From NCBI GenBank assembly GCA_040225955.1, contig JBECUL010000002.1, positions 1 through 64,000 on the forward strand: a DNA stretch of 64,000 nucleotides, read 5' to 3'. The translations under genes and the position numbers were made by a program. The notes under the pieces were generated by a model that did not search any database, had not been told where the DNA came from, and was given only the letters and a program-made list of their open reading frames with translations. Positions 1-9,082 of this stretch are shown in pieces. Position 1 is the first letter of the stretch. The number at the start of each line of letters is the position of its first letter. The DNA comes from Candidatus Asgardarchaeum abyssi. Its GTDB lineage: Archaea; Asgardarchaeota; Asgardarchaeia; Asgardarchaeales; Asgardarchaeaceae.

Positions 1-242
1 GGGAAGGGTTTAACGTCATACTCAAAAATTCTCACTATGTTTTTATGGTTGAGCTTAGACCAGATTTCTGCTTCCCTCAGAAAATCCTCCACATCCTTCG
101 AAGATAATGTTCTCTGAACATCCATCTTCGGGATTTTAATAGCATAGTACACGTTATTTCTCTCTGCCAGCCAAACTTCTGAGAAGCCTCCCACACCAAT
201 AAGTTTTAGCAACTTATATCCAGGTATCTCGAAGACCTTCAA
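1..242 (-). CDS. Hanks-type Ser/Thr protein kinase, N-terminal part (runs off the window edge)
   Basis: Manual translation from TTG at 242, preceded by GGAGG: LKVFEIPGYKLLKLIGVGGFSEVWLAERNNVYYAIKIPKMD...FLREAEIWSKLNHKNIVRIFEYDVKPF. Contains the GxGxF loop, AIK lysine, alpha-C Glu and HxNIV. Not in the ORF track. Confidence 0.9.
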   Translation of the reverse strand, partial: MKVFEIPGYKLLKLIGVGGFSEVWLAERNNVYYAIKIPKMDVQRTLSSKDVEDFLREAEIWSKLNHKNIVRIFEYDVKPF

Positions 243-1206
243 GAGAAGACCTCCAGTGAAAACATTAAGCTAAACTAATATACGCTTTACTACAAAGAAT
301 TATTTAAAAATATCGAACAAAGAGATCAGCAGACGTTAACTAAAAGTTAATGAATAATCATTTAAAGCTTTACATAAAGAGTTGGGGAAAAGTATACGTA
401 TGTATAGAACATCATTTTCTAATTGTAGTGCAGTATAAAATTTTCTACATAAGAATTACATAATAAAGAGCACAGTCACATGCTAGTAACGGAATTCGAA
501 ATTTAAGTATAAGATTTGAAAAATTTTACTTTTCAGTAGTGTGCTGGTTATTAAGGTATCCTGTGTCCTCTTTTTAGCTTTTCTGTGAGTAGGTTTAGGA
601 GATTCAAGTAAGTTATGAATACATGGGATACTGAATATTTTATTATAGTTGGTAAGGCAAGAGGTTTGGTTGATGCGGTTGCTGTTTAAGCTATTATTCC
701 TTGGAGACATGGTGAGGAAAGGGCAAAAGAAGCTTTTTTATAGAATTAGATTTTTGGTCAGTCATTTAGAGTATTGTACTAAAGTCTAAGCTTGGAATAA
801 AAATCCCTAAAGAATTAAAAGATAACATTAATGGTGCTATATTATCGAGAGGAATCAATAATTCAATTTAAAGACCAAAAATATCGAATTACAAAACTTT
901 TATCGGCCTATATGATGAATTCTTAGTATATCCTTCAAAAAACAATAAAATTGGTGTATGTCTATAAATATAGACCATGAATTTCTAGTTTTTAATTGGG
1001 ACCTAATAAAAAATAACTGACTCCTATGGACATATGATAATAAAGTCATTGTTGCATGTACTCTGGCTGGAAATTTGATTCGCTTATATTTACCATAAAA
1101 GAATTAAATGAGAATTTTAGAAATTTATATTCACTAAATCTAAATGCTATAGAAGATTATATAGAAATTTCAAAAAATAAAAATTGTTTAGTGAGATGAG
1201 CCAAAA

Positions 1207-1986
1207 ATGTCAGAAAATAGGTATGAGAAGATGGAAAAGGGAAAAAAGGAGGCTAGGATAGGGTTAGATAGCGAAAAAGATATAATCAATATGATAAACA
1301 TCAGCAAGGAATTTCAAGACTCACTAAGAAGATGCCTAATCACTCTTGGCTTTAATCCTGAAAAGAAGATTATAGCACGAAAGAATAATACAAAAACAGA
1401 TATTCTCATAAAAATAAGTGATAAAGAAGAAATTGGTGTGAGCATAAAATCCAGTACAAGAACGAGCTTTCATCAGATTGATAGGAGACGTCTCGAGGAA
1501 TGGAAAGCCTTTCTAGGAATACCAAATGATATTTTTGAAATCATGAAAGAAGCAATATTGCGGGTTGCCAGAAATTCGAGAGATAAATTCATATTGGAAG
1601 AAGATAGAGACAAGATAAGGGAATTTTTTGCCAAAAATCTCAAAAAAATAATATATGAAATCTTTAGAAAAAAGGAGCAAAATCTGAAGTTACTTATGAT
1701 AAACGATAAACGAAAGAGGAGAATATATATCTTTAATATGGATGACGCTCTTGTTTTTCTATTTGAAAATGCAAGAAATAAGATAGATTTCACAAAGAAG
1801 GGAATCATAAGGCTTGGAGATTTTATCACAATTCAGAGGAAAGGTGGCAATGGGAAGCGTGTAACAATTCCTAAGACCGATTGGATGCATCCTGGTAATC
1901 AGTTGCAATTCAAGTTTTCGCCATTAAGGTTTGCTGAGTATATCGAAAAGACAAAGGCTATTAGATTTTGTACAATAAACTATTAA
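1207..1986 (+). CDS. Type II restriction endonuclease, HinP1I/MspI-like PD-(D/E)XK fold
   Basis: Catalytic-like KTDI...GVSIKS, HQIDRR, and C-terminal ITIQRKGG...NQLQFKFSP, which resembles the R.HinP1I family. Convergent with a DNA methyltransferase. Confidence 0.75.
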   Translation: MSENRYEKMEKGKKEARIGLDSEKDIINMINISKEFQDSLRRCLITLGFNPEKKIIARKNNTKTDILIKISDKEEIGVSIKSSTRTSFHQIDRRRLEEWKAFLGIPNDIFEIMKEAILRVARNSRDKFILEEDRDKIREFFAKNLKKIIYEIFRKKEQNLKLLMINDKRKRRIYIFNMDDALVFLFENARNKIDFTKKGIIRLGDFITIQRKGGNGKRVTIPKTDWMHPGNQLQFKFSPLRFAEYIEKTKAIRFCTINY

Positions 1987-4025
1987 AAGTTGAGCAGTGT
2001 GTGATAGAGCTCTTCAATAACTCTTTCAGGATTCTTTATTCCAATAACTTTAGCTATAGATAAATCAATTTCGTATCTATATTCCTCATTTAATTGATCC
2101 CACAGAGGTGGTAATAATTTATCTAATATTTTGTTGATACTCTCATTTACCTTTAGAATACTCTCCCTGCTTATTGCATTTACGTTAATCATAGGTAGCT
2201 CAAGGTAATCATTTACTAAAAACCTTGTCCACGTATCTGATATTCTTCTACCAAGCAATATAAGTATTGAAATGAAAATTGTGCTATTAAACCAAGCAGT
2301 AATGAATTTTGTAATTGATTCATTTCCATCTCTGACTATATAAAAATTCTTAGACGCAGCTACTTCCTCTTTGGTATAATTTGCAAATACTCCTCTGTTT
2401 TTGAACATCAAGTCCACTTTGTCAGGTATAAATACTTTTCCAAAAGGCCTCTTAGTTTTCATTTGCTTATATACATGACTATACCAATATTTACCATAGT
2501 TTTTTATAGCTGGCTTTGCTGTATCAGAGTGAATTCCCCATTTAATGTAATACTGTAAGTCTTCTGGTAAATCACTAAGTTCGATTGGAGGAATTGAGAG
2601 CATATAACTATCAATTTCAATTTCTATTTTACGACTATAAAGGCTTGGCTTACGTAGAGTTTTCACTAAAAAATTAGTATTCAGAGTCAATTCGGTTTCA
2701 TCATTTATATTTTGTATTTTTAACGATGATTTATCGCTCTTCAATATGTTCCAATACTTATTTGGAATAAAGAAAAATTCTGGCCCATACATCTCAACTC
2801 CTCTGATGAGACTCTCTTTGTTTAATATACTCTCCCAGTACCCCAATGTACCATTTTTTAATCCTTGCTTAAATATACTAATTACGATGTCTCGTAGTTT
2901 ACTATCTCCAAAAAGAGCTAACCAATTAATATCTAAGAAGCGGGGTAAATTATAAATATTAAATAGGTTTGCCTTAAAGTCAAATTTTCTGTTCATTATA
3001 GCTTTGGCTATTTTTTCAGCATTATTTAATTCGGTAAATACTGTTAACCTATCTTTATTTCCCCCTTTAATAGCTACTATAATGATTTCTTTAAATCCGC
3101 TATCCTCTGAGAATGATGCTCTAGATGCGCTTTCTACTATTGCTTCTATCTTATATTTATTTCTTAGAAGTTTTTTATATCCCTTACCATATATTGTGTA
3201 AAATGTAGATGCTGGGAGTACTGATACTATCAGCCCCCCATCATTTAATACATAATCGGATAGGAACATAGATAGCGTTTGAAGACTAACCTCCTTTCTA
3301 GTAATATATTTTTCATATCCCAACCCACTAACAACTCTAAGCAATTTGTCTCTATAACTTTTTTCTAAATTCTTCCACCTAGTAAATGGTGGATTTGTTA
3401 AAATAATATCCGCTTTGAATATTTCAGATTGTGTAAACAAAGGTGAAGAGGAGGGTATCTCTCTAAAAGCATCTCCAACAATCACGGTAATAATATCTTT
3501 TTTTCCTTTTGTTGCATGTAATAGCGATGCGTATGCAACCAATGCTGGTAAAGGCAATGGTTCAATACCCCAAACCTTTTGTAATTTTTCAACTCCTATT
3601 TTATGTATTGTTGCTGTTAATGTGCGTGCTGAACCAAGAAACGGATCTGCAAGAACAATCTTTTGCTTTTTAGAATTTTTCAAATATTCGTGAACTACCG
3701 ACACCATGAACTGTATACCTTGGTCTATAGTATAATAGGCTGCGAATTTTTTCCTTTCATTTTGCGGAATTAACTTTTGAACCTGAATTTGACATTCATC
3801 AATTGAGAGTTTTGTTTTTGATATTTCTGACTTGATAAAATCAATTTCATCCGAATTTAATTTTCCTAAGTTGGGTAATACTGGAGCATTCCATGTCTTT
3901 AATGAATGTAAATCTTTATTTTTACTATATTGAAGTATAGTCTTCAAGCTGGCAGTAAAAATTTGGAAACATCCTGGAGTAATAGGTTCTATTCCCAGCT
4001 TCTTTAGTATTCTATTTTGTTTCAT
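1983..4025 (-). CDS. Amino (N6-A/N4-C) DNA methyltransferase, gamma-class motif order, with C-terminal target-recognition region
   Basis: Motif X (AAYYT), motif I (DPFLGSA), motif IV (ILTNPPF). The stop codons of both R-M genes overlap in TTAA at 1983-1986. Confidence 0.85.
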   Translation of the reverse strand: MKQNRILKKLGIEPITPGCFQIFTASLKTILQYSKNKDLHSLKTWNAPVLPNLGKLNSDEIDFIKSEISKTKLSIDECQIQVQKLIPQNERKKFAAYYTIDQGIQFMVSVVHEYLKNSKKQKIVLADPFLGSARTLTATIHKIGVEKLQKVWGIEPLPLPALVAYASLLHATKGKKDIITVIVGDAFREIPSSSPLFTQSEIFKADIILTNPPFTRWKNLEKSYRDKLLRVVSGLGYEKYITRKEVSLQTLSMFLSDYVLNDGGLIVSVLPASTFYTIYGKGYKKLLRNKYKIEAIVESASRASFSEDSGFKEIIIVAIKGGNKDRLTVFTELNNAEKIAKAIMNRKFDFKANLFNIYNLPRFLDINWLALFGDSKLRDIVISIFKQGLKNGTLGYWESILNKESLIRGVEMYGPEFFFIPNKYWNILKSDKSSLKIQNINDETELTLNTNFLVKTLRKPSLYSRKIEIEIDSYMLSIPPIELSDLPEDLQYYIKWGIHSDTAKPAIKNYGKYWYSHVYKQMKTKRPFGKVFIPDKVDLMFKNRGVFANYTKEEVAASKNFYIVRDGNESITKFITAWFNSTIFISILILLGRRISDTWTRFLVNDYLELPMINVNAISRESILKVNESINKILDKLLPPLWDQLNEEYRYEIDLSIAKVIGIKNPERVIEELYHTLLNF

Positions 4026-4285
4026 TATTTTTCCCTCATTTTTCTTAAGATTAAAAGTTATTGTCGATGTTGCTGTTTCTATTCCAGGTTTACTTATTGA
4101 AGGGTGAATTTTTGGTCAAATTTTTTCAGTCAAATGCATACAAGTATCTTAATTTCATTACTATTATTTCTTTGGAATTCAAAGTATAAAAAATATGATA
4201 TTTTTGAATTGGAATTAAGATGATAGTTCTTTTTAGCTATCTTTAGCATGTTTATATTTTATAAAATAAAGAGGATTATAATAAG

Positions 4286-4630
4286 TTGGTAAAATCGAGG
4301 TCCATAGATTTTTTAATTACGAGGCTTTATGCTAAGAATAAAACTCTTTTGCGAGAGTTCCTAGTAGATCGTATGGTTACCTCTGCTTATGAAGAGATAG
4401 ATATTCCTTCAAAGGATATGTTTGAAGTGCTATTAGAGTTAGAAAGCGTAGTTAATAATAAAATTCCTACATTGTTTCATGATGAACACCATAGAAGAAT
4501 TTTGGAAAAGAATATGAAAAAGATAAAGAAATTGGTTGGAGAAGTGCAAAAAATGGATGTTTACAGTAAATTAAAGGATATTATTTCTCCTCTTTTCAAT
4601 ATGATGAACATCCGCTCAGTGATGAAATAA
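4286..4630 (+). CDS. hypothetical helical protein
   Basis: 114-aa ORF with GAGGA upstream; no motif recognised. Confidence 0.55.
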   Translation: MVKSRSIDFLITRLYAKNKTLLREFLVDRMVTSAYEEIDIPSKDMFEVLLELESVVNNKIPTLFHDEHHRRILEKNMKKIKKLVGEVQKMDVYSKLKDIISPLFNMMNIRSVMK

Positions 4631-4755
4631 AAGAAATACTTGATGAAGTTCAAAAATTTTCGTCAGTTGATTCATATAACATTGTTTTGATCAACAAAGC
4701 ATCTTTTACATAAAATTTTTATTCAACTAGCGCTATTTAAGAGTCGGTGATTTAA

Positions 4756-5109
4756 ATGGGAGAAAAAGGATGCCCGCTTCCACCTGAGCTGAAGAAGCCC
4801 ATACCACACCGTGTAGAGTTTCCTCCACCTGAAGGATACCCAAGAGAGGCGTTTCAAGGCTGGTTGATGGAGAGAGTTTTCTATCCAAAGAAAACACCTA
4901 CTGGATGTTGGTATTCAATAATAGATTACATTAAATTTGATGATGGGTCGCATGCCTTGAGGTTCTGGTATGAAAGCTGGGAGAAAGAGACAGGAAGGTT
5001 TAGAGTAGCCAGAGGTATGTTTCTGAGAGAGGATGAAATAGAAGCCTTAAAGAAAAAAATTGATAAGACATTTGCGATTAAGACACTCTTAGGGAAATTT
5101 ATTAAATGA
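4756..5109 (+). CDS. hypothetical protein, possibly PC4-like ssDNA-binding fold
   Basis: GGTGA RBS before ATG. C-terminal ALRFWYESWEKETGRFRVARGMFLREDEIEALKKKI follows the PC4 beta-beta-beta-alpha pattern (weak). Confidence 0.6.
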   Translation: MGEKGCPLPPELKKPIPHRVEFPPPEGYPREAFQGWLMERVFYPKKTPTGCWYSIIDYIKFDDGSHALRFWYESWEKETGRFRVARGMFLREDEIEALKKKIDKTFAIKTLLGKFIK

Positions 5110-5534
5110 TTTGCCAACTGATAAGTTATCAGAGTCCTTTTCCTAAATGTTTCGGTCAACAAGAGTTAATAGAAACAAAAAGGTAATACTTTTTCATCTT
5201 CGTGGAAAATGAAAAATGATTATTAAATAATAAAAAGTGTATTCTTATTGCTACCTTTTCTGTTATCTCTAAACAAAGGAAAGATCGTCCCCTTCAAAAT
5301 TTGGCTACGAAAATGCTTTAAATTTTCTCGTACTTTTTCAAGTCTCCTTAAGCGTGTTCAAATTATATTCTTCTTTTGACATCTTAATCATCTTTCTCCT
5401 CCACAACTAATTCTTCGGTATTTTAACTTCTTATTCTAATCTCTTTATTTCTTGTCTCAGTATCAGCATCTCTTGCTTATACGTTTGTTGAAGAACGCTT
5501 TACAAAGAATGAGAAAAAAATATAGTGGTAACAT

Positions 5535-5852
5535 TTAGGACTTACGTGTTGCTTTGAGGAACTGATGCAACATTTTTACTTCATTTTCTTCTGTCTCCTC
5601 AACATCAGTGTTTATGAAAATGATAGGGTCCGTGATCAGTGAAAGAAAATCTAAGAAATCATACACTCTGCTAGCGCCAGTAAGCTTACCTGCTAAGTCT
5701 CTCAATAGGTTTATAATTGAAAATATCGAATCCAAAACTGTTATGACAATCCACTTCCACACCTTCCTGTAGAAGAACTTAATTTGAAAGGCCCAAGGCA
5801 CCATTGAATATATATCACGCACATCTCTTATCTGAGTAAGTTCGGGCATCAC
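5535..5852 (-). CDS. hypothetical protein
   Basis: 105-aa ORF with GGTGGTG RBS-like sequence at the start; no motif recognised. Confidence 0.5.
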   Translation of the reverse strand: MMPELTQIRDVRDIYSMVPWAFQIKFFYRKVWKWIVITVLDSIFSIINLLRDLAGKLTGASRVYDFLDFLSLITDPIIFINTDVEETEENEVKMLHQFLKATRKS

Positions 5853-6286
5853 ACCACCACATTAAATTTTAATAAACAAAAAGAAAATTACGGTTTTCTT
5901 AAGATGCGTCTTTGACTACTAATCTTCCTAACAAAAGTGTATTTGTTATTTAGTGCATTTATAAGCTTTTCTTCCCACATACGATTGTGCAGCAGTCTAG
6001 GCAGCTATGTTCATGTTCTTCTTACTCTTTCCTTTGGATTTTCTTGTCCTTCTTTATCGCTTGTTTCGTTTTCTTCCCTACTCTCCCTAATGATTCTCTT
6101 TAATAAATAGTCCGCCACATGATATATAATTAAAAAAGACATTACAGTGGAACTTGAAAAAGGAGAGAATATTATTATAAAGTGGTCTCTCTCCGCTTAT
6201 GAGGTAAAAAATAACCCTAAAATTAAGGAAATTATAACAGATTTTTCTCAGCTTATTGATGTCATTGATTATATAAAAAACCTAAA

Positions 6287-6475
6287 TCTAAAAAATAAGT
6301 CTTCCAAAGTCCTTATTAAAAGTAATGATAATTCTTTTCTCTTTCTGAGCAATCTGAGCTGCTTCATAATCTGTAGCACTGGCTTTAATAGAGATAAGGA
6401 TAATATATCAATGTTCATTTGTCTTAATTCTTCAACAACTTTCAGCGAAATATTTTCATTGGTTAAGGATTTCAT
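6287..6475 (-). pseudogene. DUF5615/VapC45-like PIN toxin, frameshifted
   Basis: MKSLTNENISLKVVEELRQMNIDI..LKP, then a frameshift to ATDYEAAQIAQKEKRIIITFNKDFGRLIF*. Family motifs DEN and TxDKDF are mutated to NEN and TFNKDF. Overlaps the DUF433 gene. Confidence 0.75.
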
Positions 6476-6689
6476 CGTACTCCTCTTCCTTTAAAATTTT
6501 TGAAGCATAAGCTATTGCAGCGAGTATATCCTCCTTTTTGAGTTGAGGGTAATTTTTTAAAATCTCTCCGAAACTCCAGCCGTTAGCTATGAGCTCTAAT
6601 ATTAAATATACTGGTATTCGAGTTCCTTTAATTACGGGTTTTCCGCCAGCTTTCTTCGGGTTGATTTCTATTCGGTCAAGATAGTTCAT
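6456..6689 (-). CDS. DUF433-family antitoxin
   Basis: RIEINPKKAGGKPVIKGTRIPV...YPQLKKEDILAAIAYA. Likely start is ATG 6689, not 6851. Confidence 0.9.
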   Translation of the reverse strand: MNYLDRIEINPKKAGGKPVIKGTRIPVYLILELIANGWSFGEILKNYPQLKKEDILAAIAYASKILKEEEYDEILNQ

Positions 6690-6970
6690 TATAATTCGCC
6701 GTTGGAATATTATGTGGAAAATGATTAATAAATTATTCTTGTCGACAGTAACAGGTATGATGGCTTTATAAATTGTCGTGATGGCGATATTTTGTGCGGA
6801 GTGATTTTTTGAATTTTTTAACGGTTCGGTTTTATTAAGTAAGATAAACAATTATGGAAAGATTATTCAGCTGTGTTTTTTCTTCTGCAAATTTAATAAA
6901 CGTTCTATCTTTATTAACCTCAACGCTGGTAATGTTTTTGTCTCAGCTCATAACTTATTATTACTGATTT

Positions 6971-9082
6971 CTATATATGCTGTTCACATATGCTATCGGA
7001 TGTATCTTTTTTAGCATCTAATACGTCTTGGTTGCGTTTTAAAAGTCTGTCCATTGTAATACCGATTACCTTTTCCTTGTATGTTGCGATATATAGTCTA
7101 TCATAAAGGGTTGCATATTTTATTTCTGTGACAGTGTTGTTTCCTGCTTTAAACTTCTTTATTTCTCTGTTATTATTTAAGTCAACAAGGTGGACGAAAC
7201 CTTCATTGTCTCCTGTGGCAATTAAGTCGTACTTTGGAATTATTTCCAGCGAAAACAATTTTAGTTCATCATCGAGTTTAATTTCATTTACAATTTTGAA
7301 TGAATTATTTTGTTCTTTGATGAAGCCTATGTACCCATTAGCACCAGATGTGATAAACTGTTTACGAGTGTCATCCCAAACGAGGCTGTACAGCTTAGTA
7401 TTTTCCTTGTTAGTTTCAAAAGCAGGTACTCGATTTTTCCATATTTTAATGGTTCCTTGTAGAGAGACGCTACATAGCAGATTCTCGTTGGGATTCCATG
7501 CAACATCAGCAATTGAGCCCACACTCCACAAATCGTAAATATCATCGATTGATGTTATGTTAAAGATTAATATTTTTCCGTTTGTGGATAAAATTGCCAT
7601 ATAGCGGCCACTAGGGCTCCATTTAACTACTTGTCCATTCCTAATAATTGTTCTGTAATACTCTTGGTTGTCCTTAGGAATAATGAACACGTAAGATCGT
7701 GCCCTTGAGAAGTCATAGATGGTATAGCTTGATTTTCCTTCACTTTCGTAGAGAATAGACAAGAGCTGGTAACAAGGGGACCATGCTAGACTTTTTATTT
7801 TAGATACGTTAGGAAAGTTTTCAGGTGATATGAATCTCATTGCATTATTGTCAAAGATCCTTACTGATGAGTTTAAACTGCCGATAGCAACATACCTATT
7901 ATCGTGAGATACATCAATCGTATAGATTTCTTCGGTAGAATAGTTTTTCTCGGAGAGAGAAGCTACTTTTTTAGCTTTATTTGCATCGTAAATTATTATC
8001 ATTCCCTTACCATAATCATCTTTGCTGTAAAAAACTAGCATGTTCTTATGGGGATTCAAATTAAGATAGTAAATTTTCCCTATTTTCTTACGTTTTCTCT
8101 TTTGGTTTCTTATATCAAAGAGGATCATTGCTCTCTTTCTATCTCTAAAGACAATTTTGCTGTTATCGCTATAGAATTGAAAGTATACAATGCCTTTAAA
8201 CTGATTTTTCTTTCCTTTAACCACAGCAACGGTTTTTTCCTGCTCAATATCATAAACGTAAATTTTTCTTTTCGATAAGCCTTTCATGGCAATGAGTGTT
8301 TCTTCACCATTCCACTTGAATTCGGTGATGTACTTTTCTGGAAGCTTTATTTTCTTCACGATCTCATTCTCAATGGGATTAAATATTATGCCCTCGTAAG
8401 GCCTTTTCTGGTAGATAAGATATTCTTTTTTCGGGCTCCAAATCCCAGAAAGATAGAAATATCTGAAAAGGTAACCTAGGTCAGCTACTAAATCATTATT
8501 TACGAAATCCCAAATTATAGTGTGATTCTTTCTAAGTCGTCTTATAAAAAATCTTCCGGTTGGGCTAAACTCTGTAATTCCGGGCTCTAAATTTATATTC
8601 CTTTTGAGAACAGCACCTAATGCAACATCCAGAATAGCTATGCTCTTTTCTGAGAGTGGTGCAAAAACGAACCTATCATTAATCCATCTGAAATGGTTAT
8701 AGGGTATTACAGATAGATCTCCAAGTCTTAAAATTTGCCAATTTGCTGGATCCATTACATATAAGTAACATCCACTAGTAAATGCGATATACCTACCATC
8801 GGGACTCCATTTTGGATTTAAGTCACCATCTTCAAATGGATTTATCGATATCATAAGGTAATGTGTTCCTCCGATCGATCTCCATAACTTTGCAGCTCTT
8901 TCATCGCCTAGGGTTAAAAGTTGGATTTGATTCAGTAGGCATTCTGCAAGGTAGCTTTTTCCAGAGGCCACAAGCAACTCAGCTAATTCTATCATTAAAT
9001 CCTTATTTCTCATATCATTAAGAAGTAAAGAAATTTTGGGAGAGTCTTCTATTTGGAGAATCTTTTTTAACTCTTGTATCAT
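6971..9082 (-). CDS. WD40-repeat (probably double beta-propeller) protein with N-terminal helical segment
   Basis: Repeated WSPDG, FSPTG, WSPSG and WNPNE turns with IWD, IFD and IWK strand ends over 703 aa. ATGA overlap with the upstream gene. Confidence 0.85.
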   Translation of the reverse strand: MIQELKKILQIEDSPKISLLLNDMRNKDLMIELAELLVASGKSYLAECLLNQIQLLTLGDERAAKLWRSIGGTHYLMISINPFEDGDLNPKWSPDGRYIAFTSGCYLYVMDPANWQILRLGDLSVIPYNHFRWINDRFVFAPLSEKSIAILDVALGAVLKRNINLEPGITEFSPTGRFFIRRLRKNHTIIWDFVNNDLVADLGYLFRYFYLSGIWSPKKEYLIYQKRPYEGIIFNPIENEIVKKIKLPEKYITEFKWNGEETLIAMKGLSKRKIYVYDIEQEKTVAVVKGKKNQFKGIVYFQFYSDNSKIVFRDRKRAMILFDIRNQKRKRKKIGKIYYLNLNPHKNMLVFYSKDDYGKGMIIIYDANKAKKVASLSEKNYSTEEIYTIDVSHDNRYVAIGSLNSSVRIFDNNAMRFISPENFPNVSKIKSLAWSPCYQLLSILYESEGKSSYTIYDFSRARSYVFIIPKDNQEYYRTIIRNGQVVKWSPSGRYMAILSTNGKILIFNITSIDDIYDLWSVGSIADVAWNPNENLLCSVSLQGTIKIWKNRVPAFETNKENTKLYSLVWDDTRKQFITSGANGYIGFIKEQNNSFKIVNEIKLDDELKLFSLEIIPKYDLIATGDNEGFVHLVDLNNNREIKKFKAGNNTVTEIKYATLYDRLYIATYKEKVIGITMDRLLKRNQDVLDAKKDTSDSICEQHI

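Noticed and set aside
5183-5196. 14-bp match (GTAATACTTTTTCA) to the left half of the NikR-type operator
   Set aside because: No TATTAC half-site at the required spacing and no metal-related gene nearby; likely chance in AT-rich DNA.
5250-6120. Purine-rich coding-like stretches on the minus strand, possible transposase relics
   Set aside because: Multiple stops, with no recognisable motif, terminal inverted repeats or target duplications.
6147-6494. 115-aa plus-strand ORF
   Set aside because: Mostly antisense to the recognisable PIN pseudogene and has no motif; treated as a shadow ORF.
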